Under the pieces are notes generated by a model. It had not been told where the DNA came from, made no database searches, and saw only the letters and a program-made list of their open reading frames with translations. A program made the translations under genes and the position numbers. Positions 1 to 62,939 of a DNA stretch of 64,000 nucleotides are shown here, one piece after another. This DNA comes from the human T2T-CHM13v2.0 reference genome, Homo sapiens: assembly GCF_009914755.1 (NCBI RefSeq), contig NC_060925.1; one strand, written 5' to 3'. Position 1 is the stretch's first letter; each line of letters starts with the position of its first letter.

Positions 1-48
1 ATCCAGATTGAAGACGAGCGGCAGCATGTCAATGACCAGAAAGACCAG
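1..48 (+). CDS. CGN: Cingulin, third-from-last coding exon (partial, truncated by window start)
   Basis: Translates IQIEDERQHVNDQKDQ; donor GTGAGG at 49; splices in frame to 433. Confidence 0.93.
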
Positions 49-432
49 GTGAGGACATGGCACCCTGGAGCCAAGCAACCTGGGGCAGGTATATATTATA
101 TGTTTTCCTGAAAGCCAAGGGAGGCCCTTATCTCCTATAGGTCCTCCAAACTTAGACTTTCCTTGTATAAGGACAGAGATTAGATTGAAAAGACTAGACT
201 AGAGAAGTCATGGTAAGCGTATATATTGAGTGCTTATGATGTGCTAGGTTCTGTAAGTATTACACATGTGTTAATACATTTAATCCCTAAGACAACCATG
301 TGAGGTTAAGGAACTTGCCCAAGGCCACATTTTTCCAGCGGCAATTATACCTTGTCAAGATTGTTATGGGGGAGGGTCCCAGGCCATGGTAGTAGATGCT
401 ATTCAGATGTGTGGACTTGGTATCCTGCCCAG

Positions 433-596
433 CTAAGCCTGAGGGTGAAGGCTTTGAAGCGTCAGGTGGATGAAGCAGAAGAGGAAATTGAGCGACTGGA
501 CGGCCTGAGGAAGAAGGCCCAGCGTGAGGTGGAGGAGCAGCATGAGGTCAATGAACAGCTCCAGGCCCGGATCAAGTCTCTGGAGAAGGACTCCTG
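433..596 (+). CDS. CGN: Cingulin penultimate coding exon (myosin-tail-like coiled coil)
   Basis: CCCAG acceptor ending 432, GTATGG donor at 597; [54 protein letters not shown]; ends phase 2. Confidence 0.95.
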
Positions 597-907
597 GTAT
601 GGGCTACCCTTTTGCCCTTGCTCCATAGGGACACTAGAGCAGGGAGGGAATGGTCTCTCCTGTGCTGGATAAGGAGGAGAATCTCTAACATGGTACTGTG
701 TAGTCACTTGTTTCTGGTTGGAAGCCAGTATATTTATTTATTAGTATCTCAGCCACCATCCTGTACCTCCCCAAATCTGATTAGTTGGGGATTTTGTGAA
801 TAAACTTTAGGCCTTAGAAGAATTGGGGTTTCCTTTGTACAAAAAGGGTGGCTGTCTTAATATTTCTATTTTCCCCTCCCCAACCATTATTCTTCTCTCT
901 GAGTCAG

Positions 908-1049
908 GCGCAAAGCTTCCCGCTCAGCTGCTGAGTCAGCTCTCAAAAACGAAGGGCTGAGCTCAGATGAGGAATTCGACAGTGTCTACGATCCCTCGTC
1001 CATTGCATCACTGCTTACGGAGAGCAACCTACAGACCAGCTCCTGTTAG
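908..1049 (+). CDS. CGN: Cingulin last coding exon
   Basis: Pyrimidine tract plus CAG ending 907; (W)[46 protein letters not shown] is the cingulin C-terminus; TAG 1047-1049. Confidence 0.95.
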
Positions 1050-2929
<1,880 letters not shown>

Positions 2930-4036
2930 AGCAGTAAATGCCTTTTTGAGGGTTAGAGTAGAACAGACCAGAACTGGGTTTTATTCCCTTGGGTCATAGT
3001 GATAACCCCAGCATTCACTTCCCAGGTAGAAAAATCCTCATTCATTCCTAACTGACATAGGACCCAGTCCCTAACTGGGAGGTAGGGACATTTCTGCTGT
3101 TCCTGCCCTAGTGTTGCCTTGAAGAGGGAGCTGGCCCTTCACTAGAGCCTATTGCCAGGTATAGGAGTACTATCCCTTCAGGAGTGGGTCAGACCTCCTC
3201 CTAAAGTATTCTGTCTGCTGTCTCTGTGGACCACAGCCAAGTGAAGAAGCCATCTGCCAAGAGCAGCTGGGCGGGGACGAAGCTCCAGGGTCCTGCTTGG
3301 CCAACCCTCTCTTCTAGGCCCTCAAGATCCCAGCCTAGGCTTGGGGAGAAAATGCAACTGGAAAAGTCAAGGCTCATCCTTTCTCACGAACACAAATTCC
3401 TTTTAAGGCAATGTGTCCCGCCTCTCCCAACTATATAAGGGCAGCGTCAGTAAAAGAGCTTCTGCAAAACAAGCCCCACCCAGAGCCTAAGCTGACTGGG
3501 CCTCCTGGGCCTCTTGCCAAGGAAGTGCACCTGCCAGACTGGCTTAGGCCAGTCTGAGTGAGCTGGACCTTGGTGCCTGCCTTTCTGCGGTGGAGGAAAG
3601 GTTTACTCAGCTCCACAAAGCCTACAGGTGGCTTACGTATAGGGAGAGGAGCATGTATGGAGGAGCAGGCAGGGTGATTCCCTCTGACCAACACTGATCT
3701 TGGAAAGATGGAAAGCGACAAGATTAATGAAGAATGTGCAACCACATACTCCAGATAAAGCTGTTCAGTTAAAGCAGCCCCATGTCGCTCCCAAGCCCCA
3801 CCTTTGTGTAAATCTATGCGAGCACCGATGGGGCATGTCCCAGACCCATTGGCTCCGCCCACCTCACCTCCTCGCCTATCGTTAGTTCTCTGCGAAACCG
3901 CGAACTGGGGGCGCGGCCTATCTTCAGCCCCGCCCCTGATGGGCCTATACAAGGGGGCGGTTCCGCGCGCGCCCGCCCAGTTGGAGCCAGACAGCGGGGT
4001 GGACAAGTGGCGTGTGTGCTGCGACCCCGAGGGAAG

Positions 4037-45371
<41,335 letters not shown>

Positions 45372-46323
45372 GCTGCCTGGAGATGGTTGCTGCCATTGCT
45401 GCTGCCTCTGCCTCGGAGAAGCCCACTGCCCCTGTTGGCTGTTAACACTGCCTTTGACTTCCTGACTGTCCCCTGGCTGCACCCAGGACTTCGGGCTCCT
45501 GTGTCTCACCATTCCCAAGCCCCTGGCCACTCTAAGCTGGGCAGACGGAGCACGAGCACCTATTCAAGGCACTGCAGCCCTTTGGAAGACATTGTCCTGC
45601 AAGCAGGAGCCAGGGCAATATCTATATTCCTACAGTGACTATTTTTCTCTGTAGAGAGCCTCCCTTCTGTTGTAGACTGGACTCTGGCTGCGCCATAAGC
45701 CAGGCCTTCATCAGATTGGGAGAGGTGACAAGATTTGCCTCAGCCCTAAAAGCTGGAGACACAGATGTCCAGAGTGATTGGAGAATGTCCTGGGGGAATG
45801 AAGTTCCTTCCACAAACACAGCTCAGTTCTTAGCAACAAACTGTTTGTTTTTCTACTTGCTCCATCTGCAGCCTACGCTGCCCTGGCCTCCTGCAGACAG
45901 ATAGTGGGGTTACCTGGCAAGGCCTGGTGAGAGCCAGTGAACCTAAGCTTTGACTGGGTGGCCTTGTCTTTCTGGGGAGGAGGGAATGTACATTCAGGGA
46001 GTAGCCTTTTGCGGAAAAATTCTCTAGGGCTACAGACAGTCATGTGTGACTTCTCTCTGCTGTGAAAACTCCCAGAGTCTCTTTAGGGATTTTCCCTAAG
46101 GTGTACCACCAGGCACACCTCAGTCTTCTTGACCCAGAGCCTGAAAACTGTTTTCACTGGGTTCCACCAGTCCCAGCAAAATCCTCTTTGTATTTATTTT
46201 GCTAAGTTATTGGTGGTTTTGCTTACATCTCATGATTGATATAATACCAAAGTTCTATAGCCTTCTCTTGCAGTATTTGGATTTGCTTGAAACCGGGAAA
46301 ACTGTTCCCATTAGGCTTGTTAA

Positions 46324-46897
<574 letters not shown>

Positions 46898-47219
46898 CAT
46901 GGTGTTTTTCTTTAGGGCTCTTCCTACAGCCTTGAGAAGTAGATAGGCATCAGAGTATGGTACTATAGGAATCAGAAAAATTCAAAACAAATGTGGATTA
47001 AGTGTTTAGGCTCTATGTGGCTCACGCAGCCAGAATCCTTAAGTCTGTGTGTTTCTGTGTCTCAAGACTGGGCTCACATTCTGGCTTTGTCCATAACAAT
47101 GCTCTGGGATTTCAGGGAGTTCCCTCATTTGTAAAATGAGGGGGTCAGAGCAGGTGATATCCATGTTTCTTCCCTTTCTGATATTGTTGTCTGTGGCATA
47201 TTCTTTGTATGGCGAATTT

Positions 47220-47225
47220 AATAAA
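47220..47225 (+). terminator. TUFT1 polyadenylation signal AATAAA
   Basis: Canonical hexamer, upstream TGTA, downstream TGTGTC/T-rich sequence. Confidence 0.8.
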
Positions 47226-49000
47226 TTATATTAATGTGTCTCTTTGACCTCCTGGTCTGGTTTCCTTTCACTTTTCAGGGAGGATGAAAGAAGAACATTT
47301 TAGTGCTTCTTGGAAGATGGGCACCCTGTTATCCACATGTGGGAGGTGTGGTCCAAACATCCCAAATGCCATGATATGAGGACTTTGTGGCATTTATAGA
47401 GGTATTAGAAGAAGCTCACCTCCGTGCTCTGAGTCGTGATTGTAGGAGGCAGCCCCTAACTTTAGCTTTGACCCTCTCTGGAGCAATGGCCTTGTAGGAT
47501 CCCTAAGCCTGGCCGCATTGTGTCTCATTTGGAAGAGATAGAGGTAGAGTCCTGTGATTACATAGAGATAGAACAGCAGCACTGGAGGTAGATGAGTAAC
47601 TGCATGCCTTCTGCAGAAATGAAAAGCACTCTGGAAATGCTGACTGCAGCTGTTCAAGGGGGTTCGTTTCTGGCTGTCTCTGGGCATCATTCAATTAGTC
47701 TCATGATTTTTTTTTTCCTTTCTGCCAAGAAGGCAGTTGACTGCAGGGCCAAATGGGGACATAGCTGAATTTACATGAATCTTCTCTGGGCCAAAGAAAC
47801 CAGAAACACAACAACCCCTCATCCCTGGCTTGTTTCCTTTCTAGCTCCCATTTCTCTTCTTCAATTGAAAGAGTGTACATTTTTCTCTGATTTCTTCCCC
47901 CTTCTCCTGCTTCTCAGCCAATTCACACCACAGGCTTCAAACACATTGGAAACCTCTTTCCTTTGCAGACCCGGATTTGTCTTCTGACACCCGTGGCTCT
48001 CTTCTTTCTCTGGCAGTCTTGTTTGGCATGGCTAGATCTAGACTGTACTTGCTCTTAGAATATTAACAGGGTGGAAGCAGGGCGGGGTTGACCAAGGTGC
48101 CAAGAAGACTCACAGGGCTGGAGGAATACTGGAGTGAGTGTGCTGCCATACATGAAAGGGAGGCTCCCGCCGGGCCTCCTGTGCTCAGTGGGAGGAACCA
48201 AGATTTGGGTTGCAGATAATGGAGCAGTCTGGAGGCATTCCAGAGACTCGAACCAGGGGTCTAAGAGAGTCCTTGGACAAAAACATGCCACTGGTGTATA
48301 TTTCCTAGAGTTTAGTTATGCCACAACCAAAGAGAGTAGGGGCATGACACAGGGGAGCGGGGGGCACAGGTTTGGAAAGGGAATGTAGTCAGGGAAATAC
48401 AGTTTGTATCTTGGTGATCTTGTCAATTAGAGACGGAGAATGGGGGACTGGAGGAGAATGAGATGGTGTTCAGGGCCTAAAGAAAAGGTGTGGCGAGTAA
48501 GGCTCTTGGTTTAGTGGCCTGTTTATTGCCTATGTTTTGTCATTTTTAAGCCAACTCCTCTGTGCTGCCTTAATATTTTGTGGAGGGAGGATAGAGTCTG
48601 ATTCCCTGGGACCTCTGCCATGAAGGCCTGTTTCTTTGAGCTGGGTGTTGAGAGCTGCTCAGACATGCAGCCGTCATCAACAGTGTCCTGTAAACCTGGA
48701 GCGTCAGCCCAGCACGGGAAAAGAAGCAGCAGCACCCTGCCTGCCGAACAACTGCCCCATCTTCCCCATCTTCGTCTGTTCTTTCCCCTGCACAGAAAAA
48801 AGCCTGGCAGTGACACAGTATTTCAACCAAATGGTGCATTGGAACCTTTTTCAAACTAAATTTCTAAGGCCAAGAATTGATTGGCTCATTTTCATCTCTA
48901 TTTAAACGTACCTTTTGCTATGATATGTCCCACTAGGAAGTGTTTCCACTTTGGAAAGGAAAGGTGCTCTGACATGGCAGGAGTTAAAGCAACTTAATTA

Positions 49001-52757
<3,757 letters not shown>

Positions 52758-53933
52758 TTATTAAGCTCCTGCTCTCTACAGGCCACCGTGTCTTTGACCA
52801 AGGATTCAGGTAGGGACACAGCAGCGAACAATACAACTTTGCTCTTGCCCTCAAACATCTTGTGTTAGGTAGGATAACATGGGCTAAAAGTTGGAGAAAA
52901 TGTGACTGCAATTGGTTTAAACAACAAAGGACCAGTGTTTCTGGTTGAGGTGACAGAAAAGTTCAGAGACACTTTAGACTCAAGTGAGCCTGCATAGAGA
53001 AGCTTGAGGTCTCACCAAATACCCAGCTTCTTTTCATTTCTTCTCTCTGCAGAAGAGGTTTGTTGCAGTGCTTATTATAATCATATAAAATGGGAAACAA
53101 CATGTGTCCAACAATAGAGAAATGGGTAAGTAAATGAGGATGCAGTCACTCTGGGACATTATGCATTCACTACAAATGGCTGTTATGAAGACTATGTCGC
53201 ATCAGGGAGCAGTGCTTAGAATGTTAAATGAAAAAAGTAGGACACAAAATTTTATGAACATTTATGACAGCTTTGCAAAACAAAATGTTTCTGGAAAGCC
53301 TAGAAATAAATATACCTAAATGCTAATCATGTTAGCGGGGTGGGTTTTGCCTTTGTTTTTGTCTTCTGTTACCTTTATTCTTTTATCTAAATTTTCTAGA
53401 GTGTTTACTCTCTCTCCAGCTAGGCTGTGTTCTCACTGCCTTCTGCACATACTGGGATCATTCCTGTCTTTGTACAATTGCTGGTGTTATTTCTTTTACC
53501 AGCAATGCCTTCCTCTTTTGACCTATTAATCCATTAAATATTTACTGATAATCGAATCAAGGGTATTGTATAGCTTATGCAAGATAATGTATTTGAAAAC
53601 ACTTTTGTAAAGTGCTTCACAGATGTTACTTGTTATTGTTAGGTGGAAAAAGAGGAGGAGGAGGAAGAGAAAGAACCTATTATTTGCATGATATTGAGCC
53701 AGGTACCGTAGGGGATGTCTGGATGGAAAATATAGAACAGGGTTGTAGCCTTCCAGAAGTTTGCACTTGTCAGATGGATGGGAGAAAAACAGCAGCATGT
53801 GAAATAGGTGAATAGTCATGGAACATGTGAAATGCTAATATGAGAGAAGGGTGGAGAGGCTGTGGAGCTAGAACTAGGCTCCGAAGGATTTGGGCAGGTA
53901 GATCGGCAGGAAGAAAGCTTGAGTTGGAAATGA

Positions 53934-54377
<444 letters not shown>

Positions 54378-55133
54378 TAATCTTTAAAGTGAAAGGTCTC
54401 CATTAGAGGTTTTTGTTTGTTTTTGTTTAAACTAGTATGTAAGTTCTGTCAAGGCAGGGATTTTTCTTGCCTGTCTTGTTCAACACTGAATCCCTAGTAT
54501 CTAGAAGAGTGGCCCCTGGCACATAGTAGATGCACAATAAATATTAGTTGAAGAGAAGTTGGAATGAATGAATCACTAGAGTGACATGATAAAATAAGAA
54601 GGCTAATCCCAAAGAGGCAAAGAGCATGGATTGAAAAGGTAAAGGCTGGCAGCAAGGAAACAAGTAATAGATGTTAGGGCACCTCCAGGCATGAAGCAAT
54701 GAGGGGCTGAACTGCGATAATGGCCACTGGACTGGAAAGAAAGGGACTGGTGGTGTGAGAGTCACTGGGAAAGAACTGATAGGCCTTGGTGACTGACCAA
54801 CTGGTGTAGGAGAAAAGGAGAGGAAATAATGAAAGATAACATCAAAGAAAGTTCCTCATTCTTCAAGACTTAACCTGTGTTCTCTTTCGTGAAGCCCTCC
54901 CAGAATTCTCAAGCCTGTGTTGTGTTCCCTTTCTGCTCAACACAGATCATCTGTATTACCCTGTTGTAGGATGTCATAATGTACTGTCTTCCATTATAAT
55001 TCGGACTTTGCATGTGTTTGTTTCCCCAGAGAGACTGCAAGCTTTTAAAGGTCAGGGATATCTCTAATTCCACAGTGCCTAGCCCTAATAGTGCCACAAA
55101 GTAGATGGTTAATACGTGCTTACTGATTTAGAA

Positions 55134-55348
55134 CAAGTTTATTCAATCAAGCCATCCTGGGCCGCGTCAGGATGGCTTTGAATGTGGCCCAATGCAAATT
55201 TGTAAACTTTCTTAAAACATTGAGATTCTTTTGCAGTTTTTTTTAAGCTCATTGTCTATTGTTAGTGTTAGTGTATTTTATGTGTAGTCCAAGATAATTC
55301 TTCTTCTTCCATTGTGGCCCAGGGAAGTCAAAAGATTGAACAGCCCTG
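55134..55348 (-). mobile_element. MER30 hAT MITE
   Basis: MER30 motifs (GGATGGCTTTGAATG, GTTAGTGTTAGTGTATTTTATGTG, GGCCCAGGGAAG); 8-bp TSD ATTTAGAA at 55126-55133 and 55349-55356. Confidence 0.85.
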
Positions 55349-56035
55349 ATTTAGAAGAAACCTGTATTTTTTTCATCATAAAGAGGCATTTCTGTTTGTT
55401 TTTTTTTTTAAATTATTGTTTTCATTTTCTTTCTTAGTTGGCCCTAGGGAATGAGGAAGAGACAGATTCTGGGACCAATATCCTCCTTACGGGAGAGTCA
55501 AATGCCAGCTATTATCATTGCCATCAGCAATAAATAATCTTATTCATGCATTCATTCACTTGTTCTTGTATTCAGTCATTCAACAATAGGGGAATAGTGT
55601 AGCATAGAGTTTAAGGAGTTAGCATGGGCTTTGGATCTTGCTCATAATCTTAGATATGTTACTGGCCATACTAGTTTGGAAAAGTTATTTAAGCTCTCTA
55701 AGCCTTAATTTCCTAATCTATAAAACCAAAATAATAATGCCTATCTAATAAGAACATTTACCAAGTGCTTACATGCACTGTCATTTAATCCCCATTTTAC
55801 AGATGAGGGATTGAGACATAGTAAGTCACTTGTCCAAGGATGCACAGGTAGAAAGTGTCAAACCAGTTCTAGGTCATAGGTGATTCGATTCCAGAGCACT
55901 TGTGCTTAGTGCCATGCCTGACAATCTCATGGGTGTGGCAGTGGCCAGCACAAAGCCATATGAGGGGATCCTATGTGGCACGTTTGGCATGTAGCACATG
56001 CTAAATATGTTAATAATTGTCAATAAGTATTTTTT

Positions 56036-56350
<315 letters not shown>

Positions 56351-56477
56351 AAATAATTTTTTTTAGCATTCAATGTCAGAGAAGATATAGGGCATGGCTT
56401 TGAGGATGTGAAGAGGAAAAGATACACAGACTCTGCTCTCAAGTTGCCACCAGTCTAGTAGTGCCACCAGACACTGG

Positions 56478-57235
56478 TGTAAACCAAAAATAAAAATCTA
56501 AGCCTCCCCAACTATCTGAATGGACCCGTCTTCTCAGCCAAGGGCATTCCAAAGTTAACCTGAAAAACTAGTTCAGGTCCTGATTAGAAGCAGGAGCTGG
56601 ACATACCTCATCATAACCCTCATCCCTTTTGGAATTACTGATGGAACAGACTCTTTAAGTCTGATAAGAAACATTTACAATCTATTGTTTCTGAAGCCTG
56701 CTACCTGGAGGCTTCATCTGTATGATAGAAGGTTGGTCTCACAATCCCTTATCTTGACTCAGATATTCCTTTCTATTGATTCTAATTCTATTGATTCCTG
56801 ACATAGCACTCAGGAGATCCTGAGAACATGTGCCCAAGGTGGTCAGGCCACAACTTGGTTTTACACATTTTAGGGAGACATAAGGCATCAATCAGTACAT
56901 GTAAGGATGTACATCGGTTTAGTAAAGAAAGGTGGGACAACTGGAAGGGGGTTGGGGGAGCTTCCAGGTCATAGGTAGATTCAAAGCTTTTCTGACTGGC
57001 AATTGGTTGAAAGAGTTAAGTTACTGTCTAAAGACTTGGAATCAGCTGGGTGCTTACATGTACTGATTGATGCCTTATGTCTCCCTAAAATGTGTAAAAC
57101 CAAGTTGTGGCCTGACCACTTTGGGCACATGTTCTCAGGATCTCCTGAGTGCTATGTCACAGGCCATTGGTCCCTCATATTTGACTCAGAATAAATCTCT
57201 TCAAATATTCTATAGTTTGTCTCTTTTCATTGACA
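56478..57235 (+). mobile_element. MER4-family solo LTR with internal inversion/duplication
   Basis: Starts TGTAAACCAAAAATAAAA and ends AATAAATCTCTTCAAATA...TTGACA; segment 56799-57044 is in reverse orientation. Confidence 0.8.
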
Positions 57236-57980
57236 CTTGTATGCCAAGAGGCAGACAATCATAAACTACCACTGCTAAAAGAAACCTTAGAAAGCATCCG
57301 ATCCAACTCCCTCATTTGACAGATGAGTAAACCGAGGCCCAATGGCGGGGGTGGGGGAGTGAATTACTTTAGGTTGAAATTTGGACAAAAATCTAGATCT
57401 ACACTGGAGTGCAGTGTCCTTGACCTAAGGAAAGTTCAAAAAGCGGCAGAGAGATGGTCCCTATCCGAGGCCTGCGTGCACTTACAAAGTAGCTTCCTGG
57501 GGAAGCAGAAGCGGTTTGGGGAGGGGGCGGGCCAGGGGAGTGGCTGACGGGGAGAGCTCAGCCTTTAGCCAGACCCTCCGGGATCCCCTGGGATCACTTG
57601 GCTCACTCGAGTACACAACCCTTTTGCATCTTGTGTACTTCTAAATTTCAAATGGTGACTTCCTCTCCCTTCCCTGTCTTTTAATAAGGGTGTGGGGTAG
57701 CGGGGAGATTCTATTCCTGTCTACTTCTCTAACTGTTGCAGGTTCTTAGCTGAAGGACCCAATCTCTCTGATCCTCAGGCTCCTTCAAAACAAAACAAAA
57801 CAAAACAAAACAAAACGAGAAACCAGAAAAGTAGGGGATGGACTAAGTTCCCTTTTAGCTCTAAAATTCCATGGGTCTTCGGAGGGGAAGACAATGCTTT
57901 CAGAGCACGTTTAGCCGGTGAACCTGAAAACGAGGATTTTTTTCATTTGCGAAGTGGAGGTACTCCTGCGCGCCCAGGAT

Positions 57981-57999
57981 GCAGCCACTAGAGGGCAGC
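57981..57999 (+). promoter_or_regulatory. CTCF core motif candidate
   Basis: GCAGCCACTAGAGGGCAGC closely fits the CTCF consensus CC(A/G)(C/G)(C/T)AG(A/G)(G/T)GGC(A/G)(C/G), in a locally CpG-richer non-repeat patch. Confidence 0.65.
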
Positions 58000-58297
58000 A
58001 AGTCTTCCAGCACCTGTGCAGGTGGCCGCCGCCGGGCCCCACAGGAAGACAAGCAAGTTGTCTCTTCAGACCTGCCTGGGTCTCTGTAGTTTTCATGTTG
58101 TAAATCCTAAACTCAGTTCTTTAGCAAAGAGCAGCCAGCCAAATTAGGATGAGATGAGGGAGCCATTTTGTAAATTAGGCCTAGCACCAGAAGGATAAAA
58201 AAAGAGGCCTAAAAAGATACTGGATTCTAGGAAAGCAAATATTTTATGAAAAATTGAAAATGTGTCCGTGTCCTAGTTTAGTCTGCCTTACAGCTCA

Positions 58298-59621
<1,324 letters not shown>

Positions 59622-61535
59622 TCAGTGAGGGTGGCAAGGAGGGCTGGGTGCTGGCCTGGCTCATCCTACCATGATGAGGTCAAGTGGCCCCTTCACCTCT
59701 CTGAGTCTCGGTTCCCTCCTCTGTCAAATGGCAGGTTCTTCAGAGCTCCAATCAGCAATAATGACATTTCAAATCAACGCAACTTCCCAAAAGATTCCAG
59801 ATGACCTGTCCAATGGCCTTTCCAAATGTAGAAGGCCTGGATCCCTTGAGAAGACAGTTCTCACTAGCAGATTATAATCTTGTAGAAGATCTAGAACACT
59901 CATGGAACAAAGACTTAAGGATATCATCTTCATCTAGAAAAATAGTGTTGCTTACTCAGCAGCAATAGGACTAGAACTTCAATTTGTTTTTGCCTTCCTT
60001 CTCCCTGGGCCACGGAGGGGTCATGGTCGGGATTAAGCTGCCTGTGGCTTTACTCGTTCAGTCTCATTTCTGGACCTCTGCTACCTTGCCAGTTGTTTCT
60101 GAGACACACCATGTCCTTCTTCACCTCTCTGCCTTTCCATGTGTGCTTCCTTCGGCCTGAAATTCTTTTCCCTGCCTTATCCTTCTGAGAAGCTCCTAGT
60201 CATCCTTCAAAACCCCACTCAAATGACATCTGTTTGGTGAAGTCTTCTCTGACTCCCCAGAGAATCCCCAGACAGAGTTAATCATCCCTTATCAGGGCTC
60301 CCACAGCAGCTGGCACAAAACTTATCACAATGTACACTACTTGTTTGTTTTCATGTCTGCCTCTCCCCCAGGCCTGAGAATTCCTAAGGGAAGGGGTTGA
60401 TTATTCATCTTCATGTCTGCAGCCCTGGCCCAGTGCCTGGCAGGTAGTAGGGACCCAGTCAGTGCTGGCAGAACTGAAGTAAGTTCTCCTTCCTGTAACC
60501 AGCAGAGTGTTTTTCCAGGTGGCTGACCAGGATCACTGAGCAAAAGACAATCACTCCATGAGGCAGCCCTGGGGCACTTGCCTGGCATCAGGAGCTCAAC
60601 GCAGAGAACTGAATGCTAATGTTTAATGTTTGTGCACTGGAGGGCACACATCATTCAAAATTTGATGGAGGCTGTTTAGAATCTATTTTAATCCCAGAAG
60701 ATGACATGTAAGGAGAAATTTTCTGATAGTGTGATTAAGCTCTGGGACATGAGTTAAAGGGGTGGTGGGTGTTGCAATGTTGAAGGTCTTTATAGTCTCT
60801 GATTTTTTCAGAAAAGACTGTGTGGAGTGAGTAGCTGAAATGTGAATAGATGACCTCTGATTTTAAGGTTATGTAATGGGATTGGATAGGTCTCTTGCTC
60901 GCTCTGGGCATTGGACATGGTGTGGGGCTTTGGTAGCTTCAGGTGGAATGACCTGGCCCTCCATGAATGAGTGTTGAGGTTGGACACACGGCTGCCACTT
61001 CTCTGTACTGCTCCCCACAGCTTAGCCTCATCTGCAAACTTCGGAGGGATCAGTCCATATGAGTACATATGTGTTGTCAGTAAATAGACTTTTCCAGAGC
61101 TGCCAGTATCAGCTGGTGCTCTGTGCTTGTGCTTCTCTTTGGCTCTCTCTGCCTCCTGGTCCCAAAGGCTCTTGGCGTGGATATGGGGATAGCCAGCTGT
61201 ATTGAAAAAGGATGACTACACAACAAAAGAAGAAAGGTGAGGGTCACCTTCAAGGGGAAAGGTAAGTGGGTGTCATGGTTGATTCCATTCCGTGCTGGGG
61301 ACTCCCTTGCAGGGCGTTCCTTGGGGGTGGAATTTTTTGACTTGTGCTTTAGTCAAAACAACCATGGGTCTGAGGAAAGAGGAGAGGATGGCACATGAGT
61401 AGGACAGAAGTGATCGCTGAGGCTGGGAAATGGCTGTCACTCACATATTAAAATAGCCCAAAAGCCCAACATTAGGGTTATTAGTGAAAATTTTTTCAAG
61501 TTTAGCACAATTTTTTTGCTCTATATCTTAAATAG

Positions 61536-62535
<1,000 letters not shown>

Positions 62536-62939
62536 TAAACAATTTTGATAAGCATGTCCTGCAAAATCATATTTATTGAAATTTCTCCATCTGTAGTTTA
62601 TAGTTGGAGGGAACAAACTAAAGAGAAGTGCATTGAATATAATTGGCTGCTTGTCCAACTCCATCCTCCCCTGTCCCCCTCACTCCCATCCTTCTTTGAC
62701 CCCCGGTTTTGTTCTGGTATTCACTGGCAAGCTCCTCACACTGGGATGGGTCTACTCTTTGACCCAGGGGTAAGTTTTGATTAGTTTAAGTCAATCATGG
62801 CATTTTTTGGCCAATGATTAGTTTAGCAGATTATCATGTGATATACTTTTGTCTCATGAGACATGAGAGAAAGCTGATGCAAGGCTACTGGAAAGGGTTT
62901 CTTGCTTTTCCAATAGACTCAGGATGAAATTTCCTATTT

